Below, piece after piece: positions 9,463 to 20,480 of a stretch of 64,000 nucleotides of DNA. Origin of the DNA: Nitrospirota bacterium (GTDB taxonomy: Bacteria > Nitrospirota > JACRHJ01); contig JAJYJM010000007.1 of assembly GCA_021789495.1 (NCBI GenBank), positions 10,230 through 74,229 of the forward strand, given 5' to 3'. The first letter of the stretch is position 1. Each line of letters begins with the position of its first letter. Under the pieces are notes generated by a model. It did no database searches. It was not told the origin of the DNA and saw only the letters and a list, made by a program, of their open reading frames with translations. A program made the translations under genes and the position numbers.

Positions 9463-10014
9463 ATGGAACCGTACAAACTGCTCGAAAAATATTATTTCAC
9501 GAACTCCAGCACATACAGCTTCCTCGTAACGCACAGCAGGGCGGTTGCGGGCCTCGCGCTCAGGGCTGCGGAACGGGTAAAGCATTTGAACCCGGACTTG
9601 CAGTTCATAGAGGAGGCGGCGCTCCTGCACGACATCGCGATATTCAAGGTCAACGCGCCGAAAATCGGCTGCATCGGCCCGATGCTCTATGTCGAGCACG
9701 GCTACCTCGGACGCGAGCTGCTGGAGCAGGAAGGCTATCCCAGGCACGCGCTCGTCTGCGAGAGACACGTCGGTTGCGGATTATCTGCGGAGGACATACG
9801 GAAATACAGGCTCCCCCTGCCGGAGCGGGACATGATACCACTATCGCTGGAGGAAAAAATAATCTGCTGGGCGGACAAGTTTTTCTCCAAGGTCCCGCAC
9901 CGCCTGAAGGAAGAGAAACCGCTTGAGGCCGTCCGGGAAATGGTGTCGAACTACGGCGACGAACAACTAAAAAGGTTCGACGAGTGGCAGGCGATGTTCG
10001 GGCAGAAGTTATAG
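9463..10014 (+). CDS. HD/HDIG-domain phosphohydrolase
   Basis: 183-aa ORF with an ...LLHDIA... HD motif. Confidence 0.7.
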   Translation: MEPYKLLEKYYFTNSSTYSFLVTHSRAVAGLALRAAERVKHLNPDLQFIEEAALLHDIAIFKVNAPKIGCIGPMLYVEHGYLGRELLEQEGYPRHALVCERHVGCGLSAEDIRKYRLPLPERDMIPLSLEEKIICWADKFFSKVPHRLKEEKPLEAVREMVSNYGDEQLKRFDEWQAMFGQKL

Positions 10015-10033
10015 TGATAAAATGGATAGTATT

Positions 10034-10067
10034 AAAAAAAGCCCCCTTGTTCAGGGGGCTTTTGATT
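10034..10067. terminator. Bidirectional intrinsic terminator (AGCCCCC-loop-GGGGGCT flanked by A-run/T-run) between the convergent HD gene and rplQ
   Basis: Perfect 7-bp GC stem with A7 upstream and T-rich downstream. Confidence 0.8.
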
Positions 10068-10080
10068 TATCGGCTTTTAT

Positions 10081-10641
10081 TTATTCTTCCGGTTTCTTTT
10101 CTTCGGCGGGGGCCGGGGACTCGGCTTCGGCCTTTGCTTCCGCTTCGGCAGGAGCGGCGGCCTCAACCGGCGCGGCTTCTTCCTTCTTCTTCCTGCCGCG
10201 CTTCGGCTTCTCTGCGGCAACTTCTGCCGGGGCCGGGGCTGTCGCAACCGGAGCCGTTTCCTTTTTCGCCTTAGGCGCCGCGCCTTCCTTGTCAACAAGT
10301 TCTATTATCGCCATCGGCGCGGAATCTCCCAGGCGCACGCGGGACTTGATTACCCTCGTGTATCCGCCGTTACGCTCTGCGGAGCGGGGCGCAATCTCGC
10401 TGAATAGCTTCGCGACGACATCGCGGCTCTGGATGTAGGAGAACGCCATCCTTTTGGCGTTTAAGTCGCCCTTCTTGCCCAGGGTAATCATTTTGTCCGC
10501 GATGCCCCGGATTTCCTTGGCCTTCGCCTCGGTCGTCTCAATGTGCCCATGCTCCAAAAGCGAGGTCACGAGGTTCCTGAAAAGAGCCTTCCTATGGCTC
10601 GAATTCCTGCCGAACTGCCTTCCCGCAAGCCTGTGTCGCAT
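10081..10641 (-). CDS. rplQ: Ribosomal protein bL17 with an approximately 70-aa Ala/Pro/Glu/Lys-rich C-terminal tail
   Basis: N-terminal [24 protein letters not shown]... matches L17; the C-terminal tail is low-complexity AEAKAEA. Confidence 0.9.
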   Translation of the reverse strand: MRHRLAGRQFGRNSSHRKALFRNLVTSLLEHGHIETTEAKAKEIRGIADKMITLGKKGDLNAKRMAFSYIQSRDVVAKLFSEIAPRSAERNGGYTRVIKSRVRLGDSAPMAIIELVDKEGAAPKAKKETAPVATAPAPAEVAAEKPKRGRKKKEEAAPVEAAAPAEAEAKAEAESPAPAEEKKPEE

Positions 10642-10659
10642 GAAATTATATCCTTCCCT

Positions 10660-11667
10660 TTATACGTTCTTCTGCAGCGACTTTTCGTACGCCTTGAGTT
10701 TTTCGTTGTCTATCTTCATCCCGAAGGAAAGCCCCATCTCCGTGAGGATTTCCTTTATTTCGTTTAGGGACTTCCTGCCGAAGTTCTTGGTCTTCAGCAT
10801 CTCGCCCTCGGACTTCTGAACCAAATCCGCGATGGTCTTTATGTTGGCATTCTTCAGGCAGTTAGCCGAGCGCACGGATAACTCAAGTTCGTTAACGCTC
10901 CTGAGGAGATTCTCGTTGAACTTGTCTTCGACTTCCTCCGCCTCGGTTTCTATAATCTCGCCCTCTTCCTCGAAGTTGATGAAGATGCCCAGATGATCTT
11001 TTAAAATTTTGGCAGCGTATGCGACCGCATCGTCCGGGCGGACGCTCCCGTCCGTAACAACTTCCATAATCAGTTTGTCGTAGTCGGTCTCCTGACCCAC
11101 GCGCGCGCTCTCCACCCAGTAGTTGACCTTCTGGATGGGAGAGTATATAGAGTCCACCGGGATAACGCCTATCGGCATATCAGGCTCTTTGTTTCTCTCG
11201 GAAGACACATAGCCGCGGCCCTTCTTCACGGTCATTTCTATCGTGAAGCGGGTGTCCTTGTCAAGCGTCGCTATCAGGAGGTCCGGGGTCAATATTTCGA
11301 TGTCCGCGTCCGTATCAATATGGGAGCCGTAGACCGCGCCGGGACCTTCAACGTCTATCGTGATGGTCTTCGGCTTGTCGATATGCATCTTGAAGCGGAG
11401 CTTCTTTATATTTAATATTATGTCCGTGACGTCTTCGACAACCCCCGGCACGGAAGAGAACTCGTGCAGGACGTTTTCTATCCTTATGGAGGTAACGGCG
11501 GCGCCTTCCAGCGAAGAGAGCAACACCCTGCGGAGCGAATTTCCGATGGTGGTGCCGAAACCACGCTCGAAGGGTTCCGCGCTGAACTTGCCGTAGGTAT
11601 TCGTCAGCGAATCCGCCTCGAACTCCAGCTTTTTGGGGATCTGGAATCCCTTTAGCTTCATTGTCAT
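10660..11667 (-). CDS. rpoA: DNA-directed RNA polymerase alpha subunit
   Basis: 335 aa with a conserved alpha N-terminal domain and C-terminal domain. Confidence 0.95.
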   Translation of the reverse strand: MTMKLKGFQIPKKLEFEADSLTNTYGKFSAEPFERGFGTTIGNSLRRVLLSSLEGAAVTSIRIENVLHEFSSVPGVVEDVTDIILNIKKLRFKMHIDKPKTITIDVEGPGAVYGSHIDTDADIEILTPDLLIATLDKDTRFTIEMTVKKGRGYVSSERNKEPDMPIGVIPVDSIYSPIQKVNYWVESARVGQETDYDKLIMEVVTDGSVRPDDAVAYAAKILKDHLGIFINFEEEGEIIETEAEEVEDKFNENLLRSVNELELSVRSANCLKNANIKTIADLVQKSEGEMLKTKNFGRKSLNEIKEILTEMGLSFGMKIDNEKLKAYEKSLQKNV

Positions 11668-11742
11668 TAACCTCTCCTTGTCGGTTTCTTTAAAACTCTT
11701 AAAAGGGGGCCTGGAGCCTTATTGCCCCTGGCCTTTCCTTCT

Positions 11743-12369
11743 TTATTTCGAGTAAAGCTCGACTATGAGGTTCTCATTTATAGGCAATGCGATGTCCTCT
11801 CTCGAAGGCGCGGACAGGACTTTCCCTTTCAGGTTCTGTTTGTCCAGTTCCAGCCAGGCCGGCAGCCCTTTCCTATCCATAGCCGCCGACAGTTCCTGGA
11901 ACCTGAGCGACGCCTTGCTCTTATCGTTCAGGGCGATTTCGTCCCCTGTTTTCACGATATAGGAGGGTATGTTGACCATCCTGCCGTTGACCAGGAAGTG
12001 CCCGTGGGATACCAGCGCCCTCGCTTCTTTCCGGGATGCGCCAAGACCCAGTCTGAATATGACGTTATCGAGCCTGCGTTCAAGGAGCTGGAGCAGGTTT
12101 TCGCCCGTAACGCCCCTCATGCGGGCAGCCTTGAGATAATAGCCTCTGAACTGCTGTTCGAGGACGCCGTAAATCCGGCGAACTTTCTGCTTCTCGCGGA
12201 GCTGCACGCCGTAGTCCGATATCTTGGCCCGGCCCTGCCCGTGCTGTCCGGGTGCATAAGTCCTTCGCTCCACCGAGCATTTCTCGGTAAAGCAACGGTC
12301 GCCTTTCAAAAATAGCTTGATGGTCTCCCTCCTGCACTGCCTGCAGACAGGACCCGTATATCTCGCCAA
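11743..12369 (-). CDS. rpsD: Ribosomal protein uS4
   Basis: [15 protein letters not shown]... N-terminal zinc motif. Confidence 0.95.
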   Translation of the reverse strand: MARYTGPVCRQCRRETIKLFLKGDRCFTEKCSVERRTYAPGQHGQGRAKISDYGVQLREKQKVRRIYGVLEQQFRGYYLKAARMRGVTGENLLQLLERRLDNVIFRLGLGASRKEARALVSHGHFLVNGRMVNIPSYIVKTGDEIALNDKSKASLRFQELSAAMDRKGLPAWLELDKQNLKGKVLSAPSREDIALPINENLIVELYSK

Positions 12370-12418
12370 AATTTCCCTCCTGTGCGGGAGGACATGCAGG
12401 TCCTCCCTTACAATTTTT

Positions 12419-12446
12419 GTAGGGGCCGCCCCATGTGTCGGCCCTT
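12419..12446. repeat. Hairpin repeat family 2 copy (reverse orientation) in the rpsK-rpsD spacer
   Basis: GTAGGGGCCGCCCCATGTGTCGGCCC is approximately the reverse complement of the 12893 and 46376 copies. Confidence 0.6.
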
Positions 12447-12455
12447 AAATTTATG

Positions 12456-12848
12456 TTAAACCCTTCGCCTTTTAGGCGGTCGGCACCCGTTGTGCGGTAT
12501 GGGAGTAACGTCCCGTATCGCCGAAATATCCAGCCCTGCGGATTGAAGCGCCCTTATAGCTGATTCCCTCCCGGCGCCCGGCCCCTTCACCCAGACCTCA
12601 ACGCTCCTCATGCCCTGATCCATCGCCTTTTTCCCGGCGTTTTCAGAGGCCATCTGTGCGGCGAACGGAGTGCTCTTTCTGGAACCTTTGAAACCCTGGT
12701 TGCCGGCACTCGACCAGCATACTACGTTGCCGTTCTGGTCTGTTATGGATACTATTGTGTTGTTGAAGGATGCGAAGATATGCGCCACCCCTGTTGGGAT
12801 GTTCTTCTTATCCTTCTTCGGGCCGACTCTTTTGGTAGGTCCAGCCAT
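12456..12848 (-). CDS. rpsK: Ribosomal protein uS11
   Basis: 130-aa S11 match. Confidence 0.95.
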   Translation of the reverse strand: MAGPTKRVGPKKDKKNIPTGVAHIFASFNNTIVSITDQNGNVVCWSSAGNQGFKGSRKSTPFAAQMASENAGKKAMDQGMRSVEVWVKGPGAGRESAIRALQSAGLDISAIRDVTPIPHNGCRPPKRRRV

Positions 12849-12892
12849 TTTACCTCCTATAATTGCTACCGATGTAAAACGGGGTCAAAACC

Positions 12893-12918
12893 GGGCCGAC
12901 ACGCGGTTCGGCCCCTAC
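12893..12918. repeat. Hairpin repeat family 2 copy (GGGCCGACACGCGGTTCGGCCCCTAC) in the rpsM-rpsK spacer
   Basis: Near-identical to 46376..46401. Confidence 0.7.
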
Positions 12919-12953
12919 TTTAAACATGTACAAATCTCGAACAGACTTTTTTA

Positions 12954-13331
12954 TTACTTCACGGCCTTTTTCTTGCCGGCGACGGTGCGTTTCGGCCCCT
13001 TGCGGGTGCGCGCGTTCGTCTTGGTCCTCTGGCCGCGGACAGGCATTCCGCGCCTGTGACGAAGGCCCCTGTAGCAGCCGATGTCCATAAGCCTTTTGAT
13101 GGCCATGGTGCGGTCCCTGCGAAGGTCGCCCTCAACCTTGAACGATCTGTCGATTACTTCCCTTAAGCGGTTCACCTCCGCCTCAGTAAGGTCCTTGACC
13201 CTCGTATCAGGGCTTACCCCCGCCTCTGCCAGGATTTTATGAGATGAGGCGCGTCCTATCCCGAAGATATAGGTAAGGCCTATCTCAATCCTTTTTTCTC
13301 TTGGCAGGTCAACGCCTGCAATCCTTGCCAA
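12954..13331 (-). CDS. rpsM: Ribosomal protein uS13
   Basis: [14 protein letters not shown]... Confidence 0.95.
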   Translation of the reverse strand: MARIAGVDLPREKRIEIGLTYIFGIGRASSHKILAEAGVSPDTRVKDLTEAEVNRLREVIDRSFKVEGDLRRDRTMAIKRLMDIGCYRGLRHRRGMPVRGQRTKTNARTRKGPKRTVAGKKKAVK

Positions 13332-13353
13332 TGCACCCTCCTTGGGCCGGTTG

Positions 13354-13467
13354 TTAACCCTGCCGCTGTTTGTGTCTCGGGTTCACGCAAATGACCCGGA
13401 CTGTGCCTTTTCTTTTTATGATCTTGCATTTGTCGCAGATCTTTTTTACCGACGAACGGACTTTCAT
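13354..13467 (-). CDS. rpmJ: Ribosomal protein bL36 (37 aa; not in the supplied ORF track)
   Basis: Manual translation gives [37 protein letters not shown], the Zn-ribbon form of L36. Confidence 0.9.
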   Translation of the reverse strand: MKVRSSVKKICDKCKIIKRKGTVRVICVNPRHKQRQG

Positions 13468-13560
13468 GGTTGAAACCTCTTATTTTAACCTGTGCGGGCA
13501 AACGACCTGTTGCGTAATATGCACCCGCTTTGATTGCCCAGGCCCCTCTGTCCAGCCCCT

Positions 13561-13779
13561 TTATTTAAACCTGTATGTTATCCTGCCCCTGGTCAAGTCG
13601 TAGGGGGAAAGCTCGACTGTAACCCTGTCGCCCGGAAGTATCTTGATGAAGTGCATCCTCATTTTCCCGGAAATATGAGCGAGCACAACATGTCCGTTGT
13701 CGAGCTCCACCCGGAACATCGCGTTCGGCAGGGTCTCGAGTATCTTGCCCTGCACCTCAATCGCGTCTTCCTTGGCCAT
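13561..13779 (-). CDS. infA: Translation initiation factor IF-1
   Basis: 72-aa S1-like fold, [15 protein letters not shown]... Confidence 0.95.
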   Translation of the reverse strand: MAKEDAIEVQGKILETLPNAMFRVELDNGHVVLAHISGKMRMHFIKILPGDRVTVELSPYDLTRGRITYRFK

Positions 13780-13913
13780 TAGGTTCCTTTATTTTTCGGT
13801 CATTATGGCGCGGCCTCCAAGCATATTCTGGCCACCTGTCATTTTACGTCGCGGTCAATATTGCCGGCTCGTTCTCCGGCACGCAAGTACCTGCTTACAC
13901 CGAAACCGAGGAC

Positions 13914-14660
13914 TTATGCCGCCGTTAATATTACCGGCCCGCTTTCAGTAACCGCAATCGTATGCTCGAAATGGGCCGATGGCATTCGGTCTACCGTGAC
14001 GGCGGTCCAGCCGTCTTTCATAATGACCGTGCCGGATTTTCCCATGTTTATCATCGGCTCGATGGCAATCGTCATTCCCGCCTTAAGCCTTGGCCCCTGC
14101 CCCGGAGGGCCAAAATTCGGAACCTGCGGTTCCTCGTGCAGACTCCTGCCGATGCCGTGCCCGACAAACTCCCGGACTACCGAATACCCGAAGGACTCGC
14201 TGTATACCTGCACGGCGTTGGATATGTCCGAGACGCGATTGCCCGTAACGGCCTTTTCTATGCCCCTGTAAAGCGACGCTTCCGTCACTTCCAGGAGTTT
14301 CTTCAGCTCAGGCGATATATCGCCGACCGGGACAGTTATTGCGGCATCTCCGTAAAACCCGTCGACCACCGCGCCGAGATCCAATCCGATTATCTCGCCT
14401 TCCTTCAGAACCCTGCCGGAAGGTATCCCGTGCACCACAACTTCGTTAATAGATGCGCAAAGACTTTTGGGATAACCGAGGTAACCTTTAAACGCCGGTT
14501 TCCCGCCGTGTTTTATTATATATTCCTCGGCTGCCGCATCCAGGCTCTCGGTGGTTATGCCGGGCTTTATGGCCTCTCGAAGCCTCGCAAGCGCCCCGGC
14601 GACAATTCTGCACGCCGCCCGGATCCTCTCCACATCTTCCGACGACTTCAGGATTATCAC
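13914..14660 (-). CDS. map: Methionine aminopeptidase type I
   Basis: 248 aa with MetAP metal-ligand motifs. Confidence 0.9.
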   Translation of the reverse strand: MIILKSSEDVERIRAACRIVAGALARLREAIKPGITTESLDAAAEEYIIKHGGKPAFKGYLGYPKSLCASINEVVVHGIPSGRVLKEGEIIGLDLGAVVDGFYGDAAITVPVGDISPELKKLLEVTEASLYRGIEKAVTGNRVSDISNAVQVYSESFGYSVVREFVGHGIGRSLHEEPQVPNFGPPGQGPRLKAGMTIAIEPMINMGKSGTVIMKDGWTAVTVDRMPSAHFEHTIAVTESGPVILTAA

Positions 14661-14662
14661 TT

Positions 14663-15307
14663 CTATCCTTCGAGGGCCTTTACCATCCTGCTCAGGATGA
14701 CCTTCATGTCTCCGACACCGTCGATCGTCGCCAGCATGCCTTTGTTCTTATAATAACCGATAAGCGGCGCGGTAGAGGCCATATATACCTTCAGACGGTT
14801 CTTTATGGCTTCTTCCTTGTCGTCGTCCCTCTGGTAGAGTTCGCCGCCGCAGGAATCGCATACGCCTTCCTTCTTAGAGGGTTTGAACATGACATGGTAA
14901 CCCGCCTGGCAACTGCGGCATGTCCTGCGCCCGCCAAGCCTCTTTACAAGCTCGGAATCAGGCACTTCTATCGAAAGCACCTTGTCTATCGGCGTCTTCA
15001 TCTCGGCAAGGGCCTTGTCGAGCGCCTCCGCCTGTGGAACAGTCCTGGGAAAGCCGTCCAGTATATAGCCTTTTTTGCAATCGCTTTCCTTTAGGCGCTC
15101 CTTTACTATCCCGACCACTACAGAATCCGGGACGAGCTCGCCTTTATCCATATATTTCTTTGCCTCAAGACCAAGCGGCGTTTTATCCGCCAGGTTCTTT
15201 CGGAGGATGTCGCCGGTCGATATCTGGGGTATCCCGTATTTCTGAACCAAATCCTTCGCCTGAGTGCCTTTCCCGGCCCCCGGAGGGCCAAGCAATATAA
15301 TTCTCAT
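14663..15307 (-). CDS. adk: Adenylate kinase (Zn-lid form)
   Basis: MRIILLGPPGAGKGTQA... P-loop, and a CxxC...CxxC lid. Confidence 0.95.
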   Translation of the reverse strand: MRIILLGPPGAGKGTQAKDLVQKYGIPQISTGDILRKNLADKTPLGLEAKKYMDKGELVPDSVVVGIVKERLKESDCKKGYILDGFPRTVPQAEALDKALAEMKTPIDKVLSIEVPDSELVKRLGGRRTCRSCQAGYHVMFKPSKKEGVCDSCGGELYQRDDDKEEAIKNRLKVYMASTAPLIGYYKNKGMLATIDGVGDMKVILSRMVKALEG

Positions 15308-15314
15308 AATGGCT

Positions 15315-16609
<1,295 letters not shown>

Positions 16610-16613
<4 letters not shown>

Positions 16614-17056
16614 AGCTGTATTACCTCTGCGCGTCCGCCGACAGCTTCAATCTTCTGGACGGCGCTTTTGGAAAACTTATGAGCCTGCACCGTCACAGCC
16701 CTTTTCAGTTCGCCAAGGCCCAGCACCTTTATGCCGTCGCCAAGCTTCTTTATGACGCCCTGGTCGAAAAGGGCTTCCGGGCTTACCACGTCCACGCCTT
16801 CGAGCTTCGCTATGTCGCGGAGATTGACAAGGGCGTATTCCTTGCGGAAAATGTTGGTAAATCCGCGTTTCGGTATCCTTCTTATAAGCGGCATCTGTCC
16901 GCCCTCAAAACCGGGACCTTTCGCGCCGCCCGCACGGGACTTCTGTCCTTTTTCACCCCTGCATGCAGTCTGCCCGTGACCTGAACCGGGTCCCCTGCCT
17001 ACTCTTTTTCTGTTCTTCCTTGCCCCGGGATTAGGGGCCAGATCCTCTATCCTCAT
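16610..17056 (-). CDS. rplO: Ribosomal protein uL15
   Basis: 148 aa with a Gly/Arg-rich N-terminus. Confidence 0.95.
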
Positions 17057-17244
17057 CAGACCCCCTCCTCCACAATCTTTACCAGGTGCGATACTTTATT
17101 TACCATCCCGCGTATCTGCGGCGTATCCTGCCGTACGACCGTGCTGTTCATTTTTGTAAGTCCCAGACCGGCCAGGACTTTCCTGTGCTTTTCCGGATGA
17201 CCTATCGGGCTCCGCGTCAGTTTAACCTTTATATTTCCAGCCAT
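17056..17244 (-). CDS. rpmD: Ribosomal protein uL30
   Basis: Internal ATG gives MAGNIKVKLTRSPIG... Confidence 0.9.
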   Translation of the reverse strand: MAGNIKVKLTRSPIGHPEKHRKVLAGLGLTKMNSTVVRQDTPQIRGMVNKVSHLVKIVEEGV

Positions 17245-17265
17245 ATAATCTCCCACTCTCAAAAA

Positions 17266-17343
17266 CCTGGATTCCCGATTAAACCGTTCGGGAATAACGG
17301 ACACATTTTTCGGATTCCCGGCTGAATCATTCGGGAATGTCGA
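17266..17343. repeat. Two tandem degenerate copies of the dRS3-like palindromic element (ATTCCCG-N11/12-CGGGAAT) in the rpsE-rpmD spacer
   Basis: CCTGGATTCCCGATTAAACCGTTCGGGAATAACGG and CGGATTCCCGGCTGAATCATTCGGGAATGTCG. Confidence 0.7.
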
Positions 17344-17356
17344 AAAATGAACGCTG

Positions 17357-17366
17357 CCCCCCCCCC
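17357..17366. repeat. C10 homopolymer tract
   Basis: Ten consecutive C read directly, in the rpsE-rpmD spacer. Confidence 0.9.
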
Positions 17367-17434
17367 GGCCTATCTCCCATGAAACTCAGACCCATCTATC
17401 TTGCGCAATCGCCCTTATACAACTCCGGCCCTCT

Positions 17435-17935
17435 TTATGATGCTATCTCTTCCACAGCCTTGCCGCGAAGCCTGGCAACCTGCTCCAGGTTCCTTAGCTG
17501 CTTCAACCCCTCAAGAGTGGCCCTCGCCACATTGTGCGGATTGGAACTGCCGAGCGATTTTGACAATATATTGTGAACGCCCGCCACCTCAAGTATGGCC
17601 CTGACCGCTCCGCCCGCGATAAGCCCGGTACCTGGAGAAGCGGGTTTCAGGAGTACCTTTGCCGAACCGAAATGCCCCAGTGTCTCGTGCGGGATGGTCG
17701 TTTCCTTGAGCGCCATCTTAACCATGCTCTTTTTTGCGCGCTCGACCGCCTTCTGTATCGCAACAGGCACTTCGACGGCCTTCCCTTTGCCTATGCCGAC
17801 GCTGCCCTCGCCGTCGCCGACTACGACAAGCGCCGAAAAGGAGAACCTTCGCCCGCCTTTGACGACCTTGGCCACCCTGTTTATATGGATAACCTTGTCC
17901 TTGAAACTGGAGCCTTCGGCTTCGTACTTTTCCAA
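17435..17935 (-). CDS. rpsE: Ribosomal protein uS5
   Basis: 166 aa, ...[19 protein letters not shown]...; the ORF start is a TTG. Confidence 0.9.
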   Translation of the reverse strand: MEKYEAEGSSFKDKVIHINRVAKVVKGGRRFSFSALVVVGDGEGSVGIGKGKAVEVPVAIQKAVERAKKSMVKMALKETTIPHETLGHFGSAKVLLKPASPGTGLIAGGAVRAILEVAGVHNILSKSLGSSNPHNVARATLEGLKQLRNLEQVARLRGKAVEEIAS

Positions 17936-17946
17936 TTAATTCCTCC

Positions 17947-17981
17947 TGTCAAAAATCAGGCCAGCTTCCCCTCGCCGCGCC
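17947..17981. repeat. Degenerate duplicate of the rplR 3' end (direct repeat of 18029..18063)
   Basis: TGTCAAAAATCAGGCCAGCTTCCCCTCGCCGCGCC versus TGTCAAAAATTCAGACCGGCTTCTCTCGCCGCGTC. Confidence 0.7.
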
Positions 17982-18030
17982 TTTCGGCCATGTTCAGAAG
18001 CCGCCCTGCAACCGCCCTCTTGCCCCCTTG

Positions 18031-18399
18031 TCAAAAATTCAGACCGGCTTCTCTCGCCGCGTCGGCCAGGGCTTTAATCCTTCCGTGAAATATATATCCG
18101 CCCCTGTCGAAAATGACGTCTTTTACGCCCTTTTCAATGGCTTTTTTGGCTACTGCGGCTCCGACCTTCTTCGCCGCGTCTATATTGCCTTTGGACTTCA
18201 GGCCTTCCCTGACCTCTTTGTCGAGTGTGGACGAGGCGGTTATGGTAACGCCTTTTGCGTCGTCTATGACCTGGGCATAGATGTTAGAGGCGCTCCGGAA
18301 TACGTTCAGCCTGGGACGCAAGGCTGTTCCATGAACCTTTTTCCTGATCCTGTCCTGCCTTCTTTGCCTGCCGGCAAGCCTGTCGCTCGTGGAGCCCAT
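18031..18399 (-). CDS. rplR: Ribosomal protein uL18
   Basis: 122-aa L18 match. Confidence 0.95.
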   Translation of the reverse strand: MGSTSDRLAGRQRRQDRIRKKVHGTALRPRLNVFRSASNIYAQVIDDAKGVTITASSTLDKEVREGLKSKGNIDAAKKVGAAVAKKAIEKGVKDVIFDRGGYIFHGRIKALADAAREAGLNF

Positions 18400-18400
18400 G

Positions 18401-18937
18401 TTATTTACCCTTCTTCCCTTCCTTGTGGAGTATTGTCTCTTCGGCGTATTTTATGCCCTTGCCCTTGTAAGGCTCCGGCTTCCGAACCGCGCGGACGTTT
18501 GCGGCTACCTGCCCCAGGAGCTCCTTGTCGATGCTCGAAAGCTTTATGGTGGTCGCCTTGTCTACGGAAGCGGAAACGCCCTTGGGGAGTTCAAAGTTCA
18601 CGGGGTGAGAGAAGCCCATGTTGAGCACAAGGGCGCTGCCCTTCACTTCGGCTTTGTATCCCACGCCGTTTATTTCCAGAACCCTCTCAAAACCCTTTGT
18701 GACGCCGGAGACCATGTTGTTTATCAAGGTCCTGGTCAGCCCGTGGAGAGAGCGGTCTAACCTGTGGTCGGAAGCCCTTTCCACGATGATCAATTTCCCA
18801 TCATGCCGTATCGTCATCTTAGGGTTGAAATCCCTCACGAGTTCACCCTTCGGCCCCTTTACGCGCAGGTTGCTGCCGGAGAGCTTTACCTCAACGCCAG
18901 CCGGTATCTCCACGGGTTTTTTGCCTATCCTCGACAT
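18401..18937 (-). CDS. rplF: Ribosomal protein uL6
   Basis: 178-aa L6 match. Confidence 0.95.
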   Translation of the reverse strand: MSRIGKKPVEIPAGVEVKLSGSNLRVKGPKGELVRDFNPKMTIRHDGKLIIVERASDHRLDRSLHGLTRTLINNMVSGVTKGFERVLEINGVGYKAEVKGSALVLNMGFSHPVNFELPKGVSASVDKATTIKLSSIDKELLGQVAANVRAVRKPEPYKGKGIKYAEETILHKEGKKGK

Positions 18938-19027
18938 TTTATAACTCCCTCACCGGTTCCATCTATAATAAAGGTGATACGGCTTCTTCCCATTTACTTC
19001 GTTCAGGGCTTCGGCTCACTCGCTCAG

Positions 19028-19080
19028 AATGACAGCACGTTGTCGCATCCCCGCTTTGGCGGGAATGACGGGCGCAATGA
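19028..19080. repeat. Degenerate dRS3-like element in the rpsH-rplF spacer
   Basis: ...AGAATGACAGC...CCCCGCTTTGGCGGGAATGACGGGCGCAATGA shares the GCGGGAATGACGG arm and CGCAATG tail with the 41355 copy. Confidence 0.6.
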
Positions 19081-19145
19081 ATGTGCCTCTACTCTTACTT
19101 TAATCGGCTAATTTATTATACCTCACCCCGGCCCCATCGCCCGGA

Positions 19146-19544
19146 CTACCAGATGTAGCAGAGAATTTCGCCGCCGATATTCTTCTGCCGCGAGTCCCTG
19201 TCCACCATGACGCCTCTCGACGTGGATATGATTGCAACGCCAAGACCGCCCATCACACGGGGGATGTCATCGGCTCCCACATAGACACGGTTGCCGGGAC
19301 GGCTCACCCTCTTCAAGCCGTTTATGACCCTGATCTCGTCTGGGCTGTATTTCATATAGACCCGGACTATCCCCTGCTTGCGGTCCTTGAGAAGCTTGAA
19401 ATTCTTTATATATCCCTCTTCCTTCAGGACGCGGGCCAGTTCCAGTTTCAGGTTGGACGAAGGCACATCCACCTTCTCCTGTTTCGCCAGGTTGGCGTTT
19501 CTGATCCTGGTCAGCATATCAGCAATCGGGTCCGTCATTCCCAT
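19146..19544 (-). CDS. rpsH: Ribosomal protein uS8
   Basis: 132-aa S8 match. Confidence 0.95.
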   Translation of the reverse strand: MGMTDPIADMLTRIRNANLAKQEKVDVPSSNLKLELARVLKEEGYIKNFKLLKDRKQGIVRVYMKYSPDEIRVINGLKRVSRPGNRVYVGADDIPRVMGGLGVAIISTSRGVMVDRDSRQKNIGGEILCYIW

Positions 19545-19650
19545 CTTCCATTGCTCCTTTTTCGATATTTAATAAGACACCCGGAACTTGTCTTTCAGGC
19601 CGGAGGGCTTCCTTCATCTTCCGCCCCCGGTGCCGGCAGCCCGGAGGTCT

Positions 19651-19836
19651 TTACCAGCTCGCCTTTATCACTCCCGGTATCTCGCCCTTCAAGGAAAGCT
19701 CGCGGAAGCATATCCTGCACATTTCGAATTTCCGAAGGAAGCCCCTGGGCCTGCCGCAAATCTTGCAGCGGTTATATCCGCGGGTGGAGAACTTCGGCTC
19801 CCTTTTCTGCTTGGCTATGAGAGATTTCTTTGCCAA
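19651..19836 (-). CDS. rpsN: Ribosomal protein uS14 (type Z, zinc-binding, 61 aa)
   Basis: CKICGRPRG...CRICFRE motifs. Confidence 0.95.
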   Translation of the reverse strand: MAKKSLIAKQKREPKFSTRGYNRCKICGRPRGFLRKFEMCRICFRELSLKGEIPGVIKASW

Positions 19837-19846
19837 CTTCCTACCT

Positions 19847-19881
19847 CGCTATCAGTTTACGAAAGACATTCAAATGTGGCG
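19847..19881. repeat. Degenerate duplicate of the rplE 3' end (direct repeat of 19914..19949)
   Basis: CGCTATCAGTTTACGAAAGACATTCAAATGTGGCG versus CGCTATCAGTTTCTGAAAGGCATCCCGATATGGCGG. Confidence 0.6.
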
Positions 19882-19918
19882 ATATGTCCGCCTTTGCCGT
19901 GGCAACCCGCCCCCGCTA

Positions 19919-20461
19919 TCAGTTTCTGAAAGGCATCCCGATATGGCGGAGCAGCGCCTTGCCCTCCTCGTCCGTACTGGCGCTGGTTACGATGGAAATA
20001 TCCATCCCATGCACCATCTCTACCTTGTCGTAGTCTATCTCCGGAAATATGAACTGCTCCTTAAGGCCGAGGGTGTAGTTTCCCCTGCCGTCGAAGGCCT
20101 TTCCCGATACGCCCTTGAAATCGCGTATGCGTGGCAGGGCGACGTTCAAGAGTCTGTCGAGGAACTCCCACATGCGGTCCCGCCTGAGGGTTACGGAACA
20201 CCCGACAGACATCCCCTCGCGGAGCTTGAACGCGGCAATGGACTTCTTGGCCTTCTTCACTACGGCCTTCTGGCCAGTTATATCGCCAATCTCCTTCACC
20301 GCCCCATCCATAAGCTTCGGGTTCTGTATTGCCTCGCCCAGGCCCACGTTCACGACAACCTTCACAACCCTTGGGACCTGCATGACGTTCTCGAACCCGA
20401 ATTCCTTCATCAGGGCCGGCGTTATCTCTTTTTCGTATTTTTCCTTGAGCCTTGCCGCCAT
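19919..20461 (-). CDS. rplE: Ribosomal protein uL5
   Basis: Internal ATG gives [22 protein letters not shown]..., preceded by a GGAGG SD. Confidence 0.95.
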   Translation of the reverse strand: MAARLKEKYEKEITPALMKEFGFENVMQVPRVVKVVVNVGLGEAIQNPKLMDGAVKEIGDITGQKAVVKKAKKSIAAFKLREGMSVGCSVTLRRDRMWEFLDRLLNVALPRIRDFKGVSGKAFDGRGNYTLGLKEQFIFPEIDYDKVEMVHGMDISIVTSASTDEEGKALLRHIGMPFRN

Positions 20462-20480
20462 TTTATAAAAAACCTCCAGT

